A stretch of 64,000 nucleotides of DNA, taken from Holophagales bacterium (GTDB taxonomy: Bacteria > Acidobacteriota > Thermoanaerobaculia > Multivoradales > UBA5704). The notes beneath the pieces are model-generated. The model was not told where the DNA came from, did not search any database, and was given only the letters and a program-made list of their open reading frames with translations. A program made the position numbers and the translations under genes. This document shows, in pieces, positions 34,380 through 42,900 of this stretch (the stretch's first letter is position 1; each line of letters starts with the position of its first letter). The DNA lies in the NCBI GenBank assembly GCA_031390755.1, contig JANMTS010000168.1:18253-82252 (forward strand), read 5' to 3'.

Positions 34380-36485
34380 ATGCGCCTCTTCTGGACTGCC
34401 TTCCTGGTCGTTCTCGCCGGCTGTGCTCGACAGCCGTCTGCCGACGCTCCCGCCGCCGATCCTTCTTCCGCCTCCTACGTGGGCCGCCAGACCTGCGCCG
34501 GCTGTCACGCCGACGAGGACCGGCTCTGGCAGGGCTCGCACCACGACCTCGCCATGCAGGAGGCGACCGAGGCCACGGTGCTTGGCGACTTCGGCGGCGC
34601 GACGCTGACCCACTTCGGCGTCACGTCCACCTTCCTCAGACAGAACGGCCGCTTCGTCGTCCGCACCGACGGCCCGGACGGAAAGCTCCACGACTTCCCG
34701 GTCGCCTACACGTTCGGCGTCTCGCCGCTCCAGCAGTACCTCGTGGCATTCCCTGGGGTTCCCGGGGCGCCCGGCGGCCGCCTCCAGGCGCTCCCCCTCT
34801 GCTGGGACTCGCGGCCGGCCGCGGAGGGTGGTCAGCGCTGGTTCCATCTCTATCCCGACGAGGCCGTGCCGGCCGGCGACACGCTGCACTGGACAGGTCC
34901 GAACCAGACCTGGAACTACATGTGCGCGGACTGCCACTCGACCGGGCTCAAGAAGGGCTACGACGCGAAGAAAAACGTTTATGAAACCTCGTGGTCCGAG
35001 ATGGACGTCTCCTGCGAGGCCTGCCACGGCGCGGGCTCGCGGCATGTGGGATGGGCGAAGGACACCCGGAAGGAGACTCGGAAGGACGCCGGCCCGGAGA
35101 CGGCCAAGGGTTTCGAGATCCGCCTCAAGGACTCCGGCCGCGGCACCTGGGTCGCGGACCTCCAGACCGGTTTCGGCAAGCGGCTCGCTCCGGCCGACCC
35201 GGCGATAGCCACGGATGAGATCGCCACCTGCGCCCGCTGCCACGCGCGCTCGGCCGTCAATTCGCCGGTCCGCCCGGCGCTGCTCGACGCGGGGCTCTAC
35301 CACGCCGACGGCCAGATCGACGGCGAGGTCTACGAGGTGGGCTCGTTCCTCCAGAGCCGCATGCATGCCAAGGGGGTCACGTGCAGCGACTGCCACGAAC
35401 CGCACGCGCTGACCCTGCGGCGCGCCGGCAACGCGCTCTGCACCCACTGCCACTCGGCCGCGAAGCTCGACACGCCCGCGCATCACCGTCACGCCGCGGG
35501 CGCGAGCTGCGTCGACTGCCACATGCCGGCGAAGACCTACATGGGGGTCGACTCCCGGCGCGATCACAGCCTGCGCGTTCCTCGCCCCGATCTCACCGTG
35601 ACGATCGGCACGCCGAACGCCTGCAACGGCTGCCACGCCGACCGCTCGCCGCGGTGGGCCGCCGACGCCGCGGAGCGCTGGTACGGGAAGCCCGCACCGC
35701 ACTGGGGCGAGGTGATCCAGGCCGGGCGCGAGGGGCTCCCCGCGCCGCTCGCCGCCCTTGCGGCCGATCCCGCCGTCCCCGCCATCGTCCGCGGCACCGC
35801 TCTGTCCTTGCTGCCGCGAAGCCGGGCCGGCCAGGTCGGGGAGACCGCGCCGGCGATCACCGCTGTAGAGACCGGCCTCCGCGATTCCGATCCGCTCGTC
35901 CGCCTCGGCGCCGTGCTCGCGGCCGAGGCGCTCGATCCCGAGACCCGCCAGAAGCTCGTCGCCCCGGTCCTCGCCGATCCCGAGCGCGGCGTGCGCATCG
36001 AAGCCGCGCGCATCCTGGCGGGGTCCCATCCGTCGGATACGCAGGGCCTGCAGGCCGCCCTGGCCGACTACCAGTCCTTCCAGGAAGAGAACGCCGACCG
36101 CCCCGAAGGCCGTCTCAACCTGGGCTGGCTGGCCGCGCTGCGCGGCGACCGGTCCGGAGCCGAGGCGTCCTACCGCGCGGCGCTCCGGCTCGATCCGGGC
36201 TATCTGCCGGCGGTCGTCAACCTCGCCGACCTCTTCCGCGAGCAGGGGCGCGAGGCGGACGGCGAAGCCCTGCTCCGGCAGGCGCTCCGCGCCGCTCCGG
36301 ACGACGCCAGCCTCCACCACGCGCTCGGTCTCCTCCTCGTTCGCACCCACCGCCTCGCCGAGGCGCTGCCGGAGCTGGCGCGCGCCGTCGAGCTGGCGCC
36401 CGGTGAGCGCCGCTATGCCTATGTTTTTGAAGCCGCCATCCAATCCGATCCCTTCCCAACCGGGCATTCTGAAAGGAGAGAGTGA
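34380..36485 (+). CDS. Multihaem c-type cytochrome lipoprotein with C-terminal TPR/HEAT-like repeats
   Basis: Lipobox VLAGC. Eight CxxCH motifs: CAGCH, CADCH, CEACH, CARCH, CSDCH, CTHCH, CVDCH, CNGCH. Confidence 0.85.
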   Translation: MRLFWTAFLVVLAGCARQPSADAPAADPSSASYVGRQTCAGCHADEDRLWQGSHHDLAMQEATEATVLGDFGGATLTHFGVTSTFLRQNGRFVVRTDGPDGKLHDFPVAYTFGVSPLQQYLVAFPGVPGAPGGRLQALPLCWDSRPAAEGGQRWFHLYPDEAVPAGDTLHWTGPNQTWNYMCADCHSTGLKKGYDAKKNVYETSWSEMDVSCEACHGAGSRHVGWAKDTRKETRKDAGPETAKGFEIRLKDSGRGTWVADLQTGFGKRLAPADPAIATDEIATCARCHARSAVNSPVRPALLDAGLYHADGQIDGEVYEVGSFLQSRMHAKGVTCSDCHEPHALTLRRAGNALCTHCHSAAKLDTPAHHRHAAGASCVDCHMPAKTYMGVDSRRDHSLRVPRPDLTVTIGTPNACNGCHADRSPRWAADAAERWYGKPAPHWGEVIQAGREGLPAPLAALAADPAVPAIVRGTALSLLPRSRAGQVGETAPAITAVETGLRDSDPLVRLGAVLAAEALDPETRQKLVAPVLADPERGVRIEAARILAGSHPSDTQGLQAALADYQSFQEENADRPEGRLNLGWLAALRGDRSGAEASYRAALRLDPGYLPAVVNLADLFREQGREADGEALLRQALRAAPDDASLHHALGLLLVRTHRLAEALPELARAVELAPGERRYAYVFEAAIQSDPFPTGHSERRE

Positions 36486-36486
36486 G

Positions 36487-38406
36487 ATGAGAGCCACGAT
36501 GCGAGGTTTCCTGCTGGTCCTGCTGCTGGGCATCCCAGCGACCACCGCGATCACCGCCGCGCACGCCCAAGGCACGGCCGCCGAGGGCTGGGGCCGGTTC
36601 GACTACCGCAAGGCCGCGGATCAGAACCGTTATCTCGTGCGCGGCGCCGACGCCGTGCGCCCGGCCCGCAACATGGAGCCGGTCATGCAGCATCCGGACG
36701 AGGCGCAGGACGCCATCGACCGGCTGCAATCGAAAGGTTTCTGTGCCGAGGGGCTGGCGAAGTCCTGCCCCACCTGCAAGGTCGACCCGGCCAAGGAGAA
36801 GGGCTGCCGCCGGCCGAACTTCCTCGTCTTCATCGTCGACGACATGGGTTGGGGCGACTTCGGCGCGTTCGGCGGCGGCGAGGCCGTGGGCTCCGCGACG
36901 CCCATGGTGGACCGGCTCGCCCGCGAGGGGCTGCGGCTCACCTCGACCTACGCCCAGCCCACCTGCTCGCCGACGCGCGCCACGGTCCACACCGGCCAGC
37001 TGCCGGTGCATCACGGCGTCCTCTATCCGCCCATGTACGGCGATCCGGGCGGCCTCACCGAGCAGTCCATCACCCTCCCCTGGCTGCTCAAGCGCCAGGG
37101 CTACCGCACCCAGGGCGTGGGCAAGTGGCACATGGGCGAGAACGTGCCCAACCTGCCGCAGAACGTGGGCTATGACGACTACTACGGCTTCCTGAGCGTC
37201 TCCGACATGTACACGGAGTGGCGCGATCAGTACTACAACCCCGAGGTGGTCCGCGACGAGGTCCGCACCACCTACATGGACAACAACAAGTTCAGCCACT
37301 ACCTGATCCATGCCACGCCCAAGGACGGCTGCCAGGCGCTCGGCGAGATCACCCTCCCCTGGGAGGCCGAGAAGCTCCAGGGCGTGACCAACCGCGGCAA
37401 CGCCAACAACTGCACGCCGCAGAGCCCGAACAATCAGAAGGTCAGCTCGGGCGATCTCGACCAGCTCTGGGCCGCGTACTCGGAGAAGTTCATCCGCGAC
37501 CAGGTCGGCGCGAAGCAGCCGTGGTTCCTCTACCACGCCACCCGCGGCTGCCACTTCGACAACTACAACAACCTCGGCGACCGCCGGCTCTCCTACGCCC
37601 GCACGCTCTACTCCGACTGCACGGTCGAGATGGACGAGATCCTCGGCCGCCTCGTGCGCACGCTCCAGGAGACCGGCCAGGCGGAGAGCACGTTCGTCTT
37701 CTTCACCTCGGACAACGGCCCCGAGGACGAGATCCCGCCGCACGGCCACACCCCGTTCCGCGGCGGCAAGGGCGACACCTGGGAGGGCGGCGTCCGCGTC
37801 CCCGGCATCGCCTGGTGGCCCGGCGTCGTGCAGCCCGCCCGCACCTCGGACGGTCTTTTCGACCTGGCCGACCTCTACCCCACCGCCCTGGCGCTCGCCG
37901 GCTTCGACTACGCCCACCCGGCCGACCCGAAGCTCGCCTCGACGCTCAAGGACCGCTACCTCTACGGCGTGGATCAAACCTCGTTCCTGCTCTCGAAGGA
38001 CGGCGCCTCGAACCGCCGCAGCGTCCTCAACTGGTACCTCACGAACTTCGGCGCCGTGCGCATGGATGAGATGAAGGCCCACCGCATGGTGACGCTGCCG
38101 GTCGGTCTGGAGCAGGGCTACTTCGGCGGCCTGGCCGGCGTGAACCTGCCGGTCTCCTACCTCTGGATGTTCAACGTGCAATCCGATCCGAAGGAGACGG
38201 AGAACATCAACATCCGCCACCTCTGGGCGCAGCACCTCTTCAGCGGCGAGTTCACGCGCTTCATGTGCGATCTCGTCGCCTACCCGCCGAACCTGCCGAC
38301 GTCGCCCATGGACCAGCTGAAGGCGCAGTCGGAGATCCACCTTCTCAAGGAGCACCCGGAGAAGTGGAAGCAGGCGTGCGGAGGGAATGTGCAGAAGACG
38401 CTTTGA
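36487..38406 (+). CDS. Arylsulfatase (Cys-type sulfatase family)
   Basis: Signal peptide, DDMGWGDFG, formylglycine motif CSPTRATVHTG, GKWHMG. ATG 36487 lies 1 nt after the upstream TGA. Confidence 0.9.
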   Translation: MRATMRGFLLVLLLGIPATTAITAAHAQGTAAEGWGRFDYRKAADQNRYLVRGADAVRPARNMEPVMQHPDEAQDAIDRLQSKGFCAEGLAKSCPTCKVDPAKEKGCRRPNFLVFIVDDMGWGDFGAFGGGEAVGSATPMVDRLAREGLRLTSTYAQPTCSPTRATVHTGQLPVHHGVLYPPMYGDPGGLTEQSITLPWLLKRQGYRTQGVGKWHMGENVPNLPQNVGYDDYYGFLSVSDMYTEWRDQYYNPEVVRDEVRTTYMDNNKFSHYLIHATPKDGCQALGEITLPWEAEKLQGVTNRGNANNCTPQSPNNQKVSSGDLDQLWAAYSEKFIRDQVGAKQPWFLYHATRGCHFDNYNNLGDRRLSYARTLYSDCTVEMDEILGRLVRTLQETGQAESTFVFFTSDNGPEDEIPPHGHTPFRGGKGDTWEGGVRVPGIAWWPGVVQPARTSDGLFDLADLYPTALALAGFDYAHPADPKLASTLKDRYLYGVDQTSFLLSKDGASNRRSVLNWYLTNFGAVRMDEMKAHRMVTLPVGLEQGYFGGLAGVNLPVSYLWMFNVQSDPKETENINIRHLWAQHLFSGEFTRFMCDLVAYPPNLPTSPMDQLKAQSEIHLLKEHPEKWKQACGGNVQKTL

Positions 38407-38532
38407 TGCGCCCTTGAAACAGCCTGCCTCTGCGTAGCGGCGCCGCGCAGGGGCAGGCCTTGCCGTTACGCCGCCGCCCTCGTGCGAAAGGTAAGACAGC
38501 CGCCCCCGGCGGTCCCAGGTAGAATCACGGCC

Positions 38533-39909
38533 ATGAGATCTACCCTTTTCCTGCTTGCCGCCCTGATGCTTTCCGGTGCCGCCTCCGCCCAGGATCTCCC
38601 GCGAGCGTCCGCCATCGATCGCGAGATGGCGCGCATCGCGGGCGAGCGGTCGCTCTGGCCGGGGTTCGAGCCGATGTCGATTCCCCTGGCTGTCTTCGCG
38701 GGACAGAACACGTACCTCTTCCGGCACCCCGCTCCACCTGAGGGCTTTGCGCCGGTCGCCACCGCTCAGGGCATCCAGGGAGTCCAGGCTTTCGCGGGAC
38801 GCCATCCCGCGATCGTGGCCAACACGAGCACGGAGATCGGCGGCACGCTCACCGCGACGCTGTTGCTGGAGGGGCCGAGCGCCGCAATGACTCCGGTCGA
38901 CCTCGCCGCGGTTGCTCTTCATGAGGCGTTTCACGTCTTCCAGCACGGCCGGCATCCGAAGTGGGCGGGCAACGAGGGGGACATGCTGCTCTACCCCGTC
39001 GACGATGCCCGCCTGCTCGGTCTGCGGCGGCGGGAGTCGGAGGAGATCCGACGGGCTTCTGGCGCTTCGGACACGAAGGACGCGGCTTGCTGGGCATTTC
39101 AGGCGATGGGCCACCGGCGCGAGCGGTTCGGCGCGATGGAGGCGAAGTTCTCCGCCTACGAACGGATGACGGAGCTGAACGAGGGGCTGGCCGCCTATGT
39201 GCAGCAGACCGCCAGCGGAAAGACCTCGATCGACTTCCCCGACGGCGAGTTTCCGGCGGCGCAGATCCGGCAACGGGCGTACGTCGTCGGCTCGGCGATG
39301 GCTCTCGTCCTGGACCGTTTGCAGCCCGGCTGGCAGGCGGCTTTGGAATCCGGCTCGGTGGCCTATCTCGACGAGGCGTTGGAGGCTGCGGCCAAGGGGT
39401 TGGGGCCGTCCGCCTCGTGCTCGTTGACTCCGGACGAGGTCGCCGCCCTGGACTCCACGGCTCGCCAGGATACCGCGGTCGTGGCCGCAGGGCGCACGGA
39501 GCGCCGGAAGGCGTTCGAGGACCGTTCCGGTTGGCGCGTGGTCATCGTTCCGGCCGAGGGCCGTCCTCTGATGTTGAAAGGGTTCGATCCGCTGAACGTC
39601 CTGCGCGTCGAGGGCGGCCTGGTCCACACCCGGATGCTCAAGCTGGGGAACGACGACGGCGAGCTCGAGGGGATCGACGGCGACGGCGCCGACATCGAAG
39701 CGTTCACGGAGGGTGTCGGCGCGCATCCCCTGTTCGAAGGGGTCAAGAGGGTGGTCTTCTCGGGGCTCCCGCGGCCGGATGTCCGCAAGGACGGCAGAGA
39801 GGTCACCTTCCGGGCGCCGGGCCTGGAAGGCCACTTCAAGGACGCCACCTATTCGGTCGAAGGGTTCGAGCTGATCGTGAAGGTGGCGGCGCCGACCACG
39901 AATCCCTGA
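38533..39909 (+). CDS. Secreted hypothetical protein with HExxH motif (putative metallopeptidase)
   Basis: Signal MRSTLFLLAALMLSGAASA and LHEAFHVFQHG. TAGAAT lies 7 nt upstream of the ATG and there is no SD (possibly leaderless). Confidence 0.55.
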   Translation: MRSTLFLLAALMLSGAASAQDLPRASAIDREMARIAGERSLWPGFEPMSIPLAVFAGQNTYLFRHPAPPEGFAPVATAQGIQGVQAFAGRHPAIVANTSTEIGGTLTATLLLEGPSAAMTPVDLAAVALHEAFHVFQHGRHPKWAGNEGDMLLYPVDDARLLGLRRRESEEIRRASGASDTKDAACWAFQAMGHRRERFGAMEAKFSAYERMTELNEGLAAYVQQTASGKTSIDFPDGEFPAAQIRQRAYVVGSAMALVLDRLQPGWQAALESGSVAYLDEALEAAAKGLGPSASCSLTPDEVAALDSTARQDTAVVAAGRTERRKAFEDRSGWRVVIVPAEGRPLMLKGFDPLNVLRVEGGLVHTRMLKLGNDDGELEGIDGDGADIEAFTEGVGAHPLFEGVKRVVFSGLPRPDVRKDGREVTFRAPGLEGHFKDATYSVEGFELIVKVAAPTTNP

Positions 39910-39938
39910 TAGGGCGGCCCTTGCCGCCCTGTCCCGCG

Positions 39939-42900
39939 TCAACCGCGCCAGGTTCCAGGCGGCGGGGGCAGCAGCTCCGCGTCGTCGGGCAGGCGCAGGG
40001 CGGCGAGGCCGTCCAGCTCTCCGGGATCGAAGCGGCAGAGCTGCACGGCGTGCCAGAAGCTGCCTCCTGCGAGACCTCCGAGCTTGTAGCGGCCCTCGGG
40101 CGTGAAGGCGGCCCAGCCGTCGGGCAGGAGTCCCAGCACCGCTACGCAGGAGCCGCGCTCCAGGTGCCAGAGGCGGACGGTGTTGTCGGCCGAGCCGCTG
40201 GCCAGCAGGGTGCCGTCCGGGCTGAAGGCCGCGCAGAGCACGGGGTGCGCGTGGCCGTCGAAACGCCGGGCCTCGACTCCCACGGTCAGATCCCAGAGAC
40301 GAACGGTGCCGTCCTGCGAGGCGCTCGCGATCCGGTTCCCGTCCGGATGGACGGCTACGCTCCAGACCTTGTCGCGGTGGCCCTCGAAGCGATGGCTGCG
40401 ATGGGCGCGCTGGCCTCCGTCCAGGTTCCAGACGAGGACGGTATGGTCCGCCGAGCCCGCGACGAGGCCGCGGCCGTCGGGCAGGAAGGCCAGGGAGAGC
40501 AGGTTGCTTTCGTGCCCCTGAAGCTTGCTCTTCTCCCGCCCGCTGCGGGGATCCCAGAGGCGCAGCACCGGGTCGGAGCTGGCGGCGGCGAGAAGGCGGC
40601 CGTCCGGGCTGAAGGCCACGGAGCGGACGCCGCTGCCGAAGCCGTCCAGGACCCGGAGGCGCCGGCCGCTCGCGGCGCTCCAGAGCTGGACGGTCCGGTC
40701 CCGGGAGCCCGAGGCCAGCGTCTCGCCGTTGGGATGGAACGCCACGGAGAGGACTTCGGCGCCGTGGCCTTCGAGACGATGGCGCAGCTTCGGCTCGGGC
40801 GTATCGAGCCCGGACCAGAGATGGACGGAGCCGTCGGCCGAGGCGGCGGCCAACGACTTGCCGTCGACGCTGACCGCGACGCTCCAGACCTTGTCCCTCG
40901 CCTCGTCCCTGGCCTCCTCCAGACGGAGGCTCTCCCGGCCGGTCCGCAGATCCCAAAGGCGGACGGTGCCGTCGTGGGCGCCGGTGGCGAGCAGGTTATC
41001 TCCGGAATACGCCAATCCAGACACCGCGTGCATCGGTTTCGGCGAGCGCCGCAGCTCCCGGCCCGTAGCCGCGTCCCAGATGCGCAGGGTCCGGTCCGTC
41101 GAGGCGCTCGCCAGCATCGACGAGCTGAACGCGACGCCGCGGACTCCAGCCGCGTGGCCGAGCAGCCGGTGGCGCACGCGGCCCGTGGCCACGTCCCACA
41201 GCCGGACCATGCGGTCCTCCGAAGCGCTCGCCAGGATCTCGCCGCCGGCTCCGAACGCCAGGCTGGTGACCACGTCGTCGTGCTCCAGCCGGTGCAGCTC
41301 GCGGCCGGTCTCCGAGTCCCAGATGCGCACGGTGCGGTCCTCGGAGCCGCTGGCGAGCAGGCTCCCCTCGCCGCCGAACGCGATCGTCCTCACCCAGTCC
41401 AGATGGCCGGTCAGATGGAGGATCTCGTCGCCTCGCGCAGTGTCCCCGACATTCCCGATATCCCACGCGCGCACGGCACGGTCCGAGGAGCCCGCGGCGA
41501 GGCGCCAGCCGTGCTCGTCGAAGGCCACGGTCAGGACCCAGCCGCCGGCCCGGAAGCGGTGCGTCTCCAGGCCGCTGTCCAGATCCCAGACGCGCGCGGT
41601 CTTGTCGTACGAGCCGCTCGCCAGGGTGCCGCCCTTGGGGTGGAACGCCAAACTCGACACCCAGCTCTGGTGGCCCCAGAGGCGCTTGGTCTCCCTCCCG
41701 GCGGCGGCGTCCCACAGGCGGACGGTGCGGTCCTCGGAGCCGCTGGCAAGCAGGCCGCCGGGACCGAACGCGAGGGCCAGCACCCGGCCGTCATGGCCGA
41801 GGAGCCGGCGAACTTCGAGAAGGGTGCCGGCGTCCCAGAGACGGATCATCGACCCTTCGGCGGTGGCGAGGAGCTGGCCGTCGAGGCTCCAGGCCACGGC
41901 GTTCTGCGGCTGGCAGGAGGCGACCCAGGCCTCGATCGTGTCCGGCAGGGTCAGGACGGCGCCTTCCAGGTCGCAGCCGGCCAGGCTTTCTTCGTCGAGA
42001 CGGGCGCCGGCCAGCTTGGCCCGCCGGAACCGCGCTCCGTCCAGCCGGGCGCCCCGGAGATCGGCGGCATGGAGCCGGGCGCCGGAGAGATCCGCGCCGC
42101 GCAGGTCGGCGCCGGTCAAGATTGCGCGGCTGAGATCGGCCCCCGCGAGCCGGGCCTTCTCCAGGCGGGCGCCGGTCAGCCGCGCGGAGGTCAACCGCAC
42201 GTCCCGCAGGTCGGCACCGGTGAGGTCGGCGCCGGTGAGATCCTGGCCGGCGAGATCCTGGCCGCGCAGATCCCGGCCCGCCAGGATCACCGGCTCGCGC
42301 ACCTCTTCTCCCAGGTGGCGCAGCAGCAAGAGGGCGTTGCCCTTGGCCGCGTCGCCGCCGGTGCCGAGCAGGGTGTCGCGCGCCCAGCCCGCCACGGCGT
42401 CGCGGCCGGCGAGGTCGACCAGGAAGCGCGCCATCAGCGGCGTGGCGAGGCGCACGGCCAGCACCTCGGGCGAGCTTTCGAAGGCGAGGTCGTCGGCCGC
42501 CCGCTTGGCGACCAGCCACTCGAGGATCGAGGGGTGGACGAAGGCGAAGGCGTCCTCGGCGTCGCGCACCAGCAGCGTGCCGGAGCCCACCTGGAAGGCC
42601 GCGGTCTCCGGGTCGACCGGCGTGCGGCGCATGCCGGCCACGGAGCGGGCGACCTCCTCGGTGAGGTCGGTCAGGTGGAGCGAGCTCTCGTCCGCCCGCC
42701 ACAGGCGCACCGCGATGCGGGTCGAGGCCTCCAGCCGCTCGCTGAACGAGAGGCTCGGCGCCTCGCCGTCGCCGCTCTCGGCGCGGGAGATCTCCTGGCC
42801 GAGCCAGCGGTTCAGCAGCAGGCGGTAGACCTCGGCCGCGGTGACGCCGCCGCCGGCCGCCTCGGCCTGGCGCAGGCGCTCTTCCGGGATGTCCGCGATG

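Noticed and set aside
33309-36575. 1088-aa ORF
   Set aside because: Only the last 295 codons (Rpn/YhgA-like, from MPSMAHE at 34193) look genuine. The upstream part is antisense to the multihaem cytochrome gene.
36217-40956. 1579-aa minus-strand ORF, plus the plus-strand ORFs 38961..45320, 45269..48091 and 48092..50350
   Set aside because: These are extremely Arg/Gly/Pro/Ala-rich with no motifs. They are antisense or out of frame to genes with clear family signatures (sulfatase, HExxH protein, STAND genes). They are typical shadow ORFs of GC-rich DNA.
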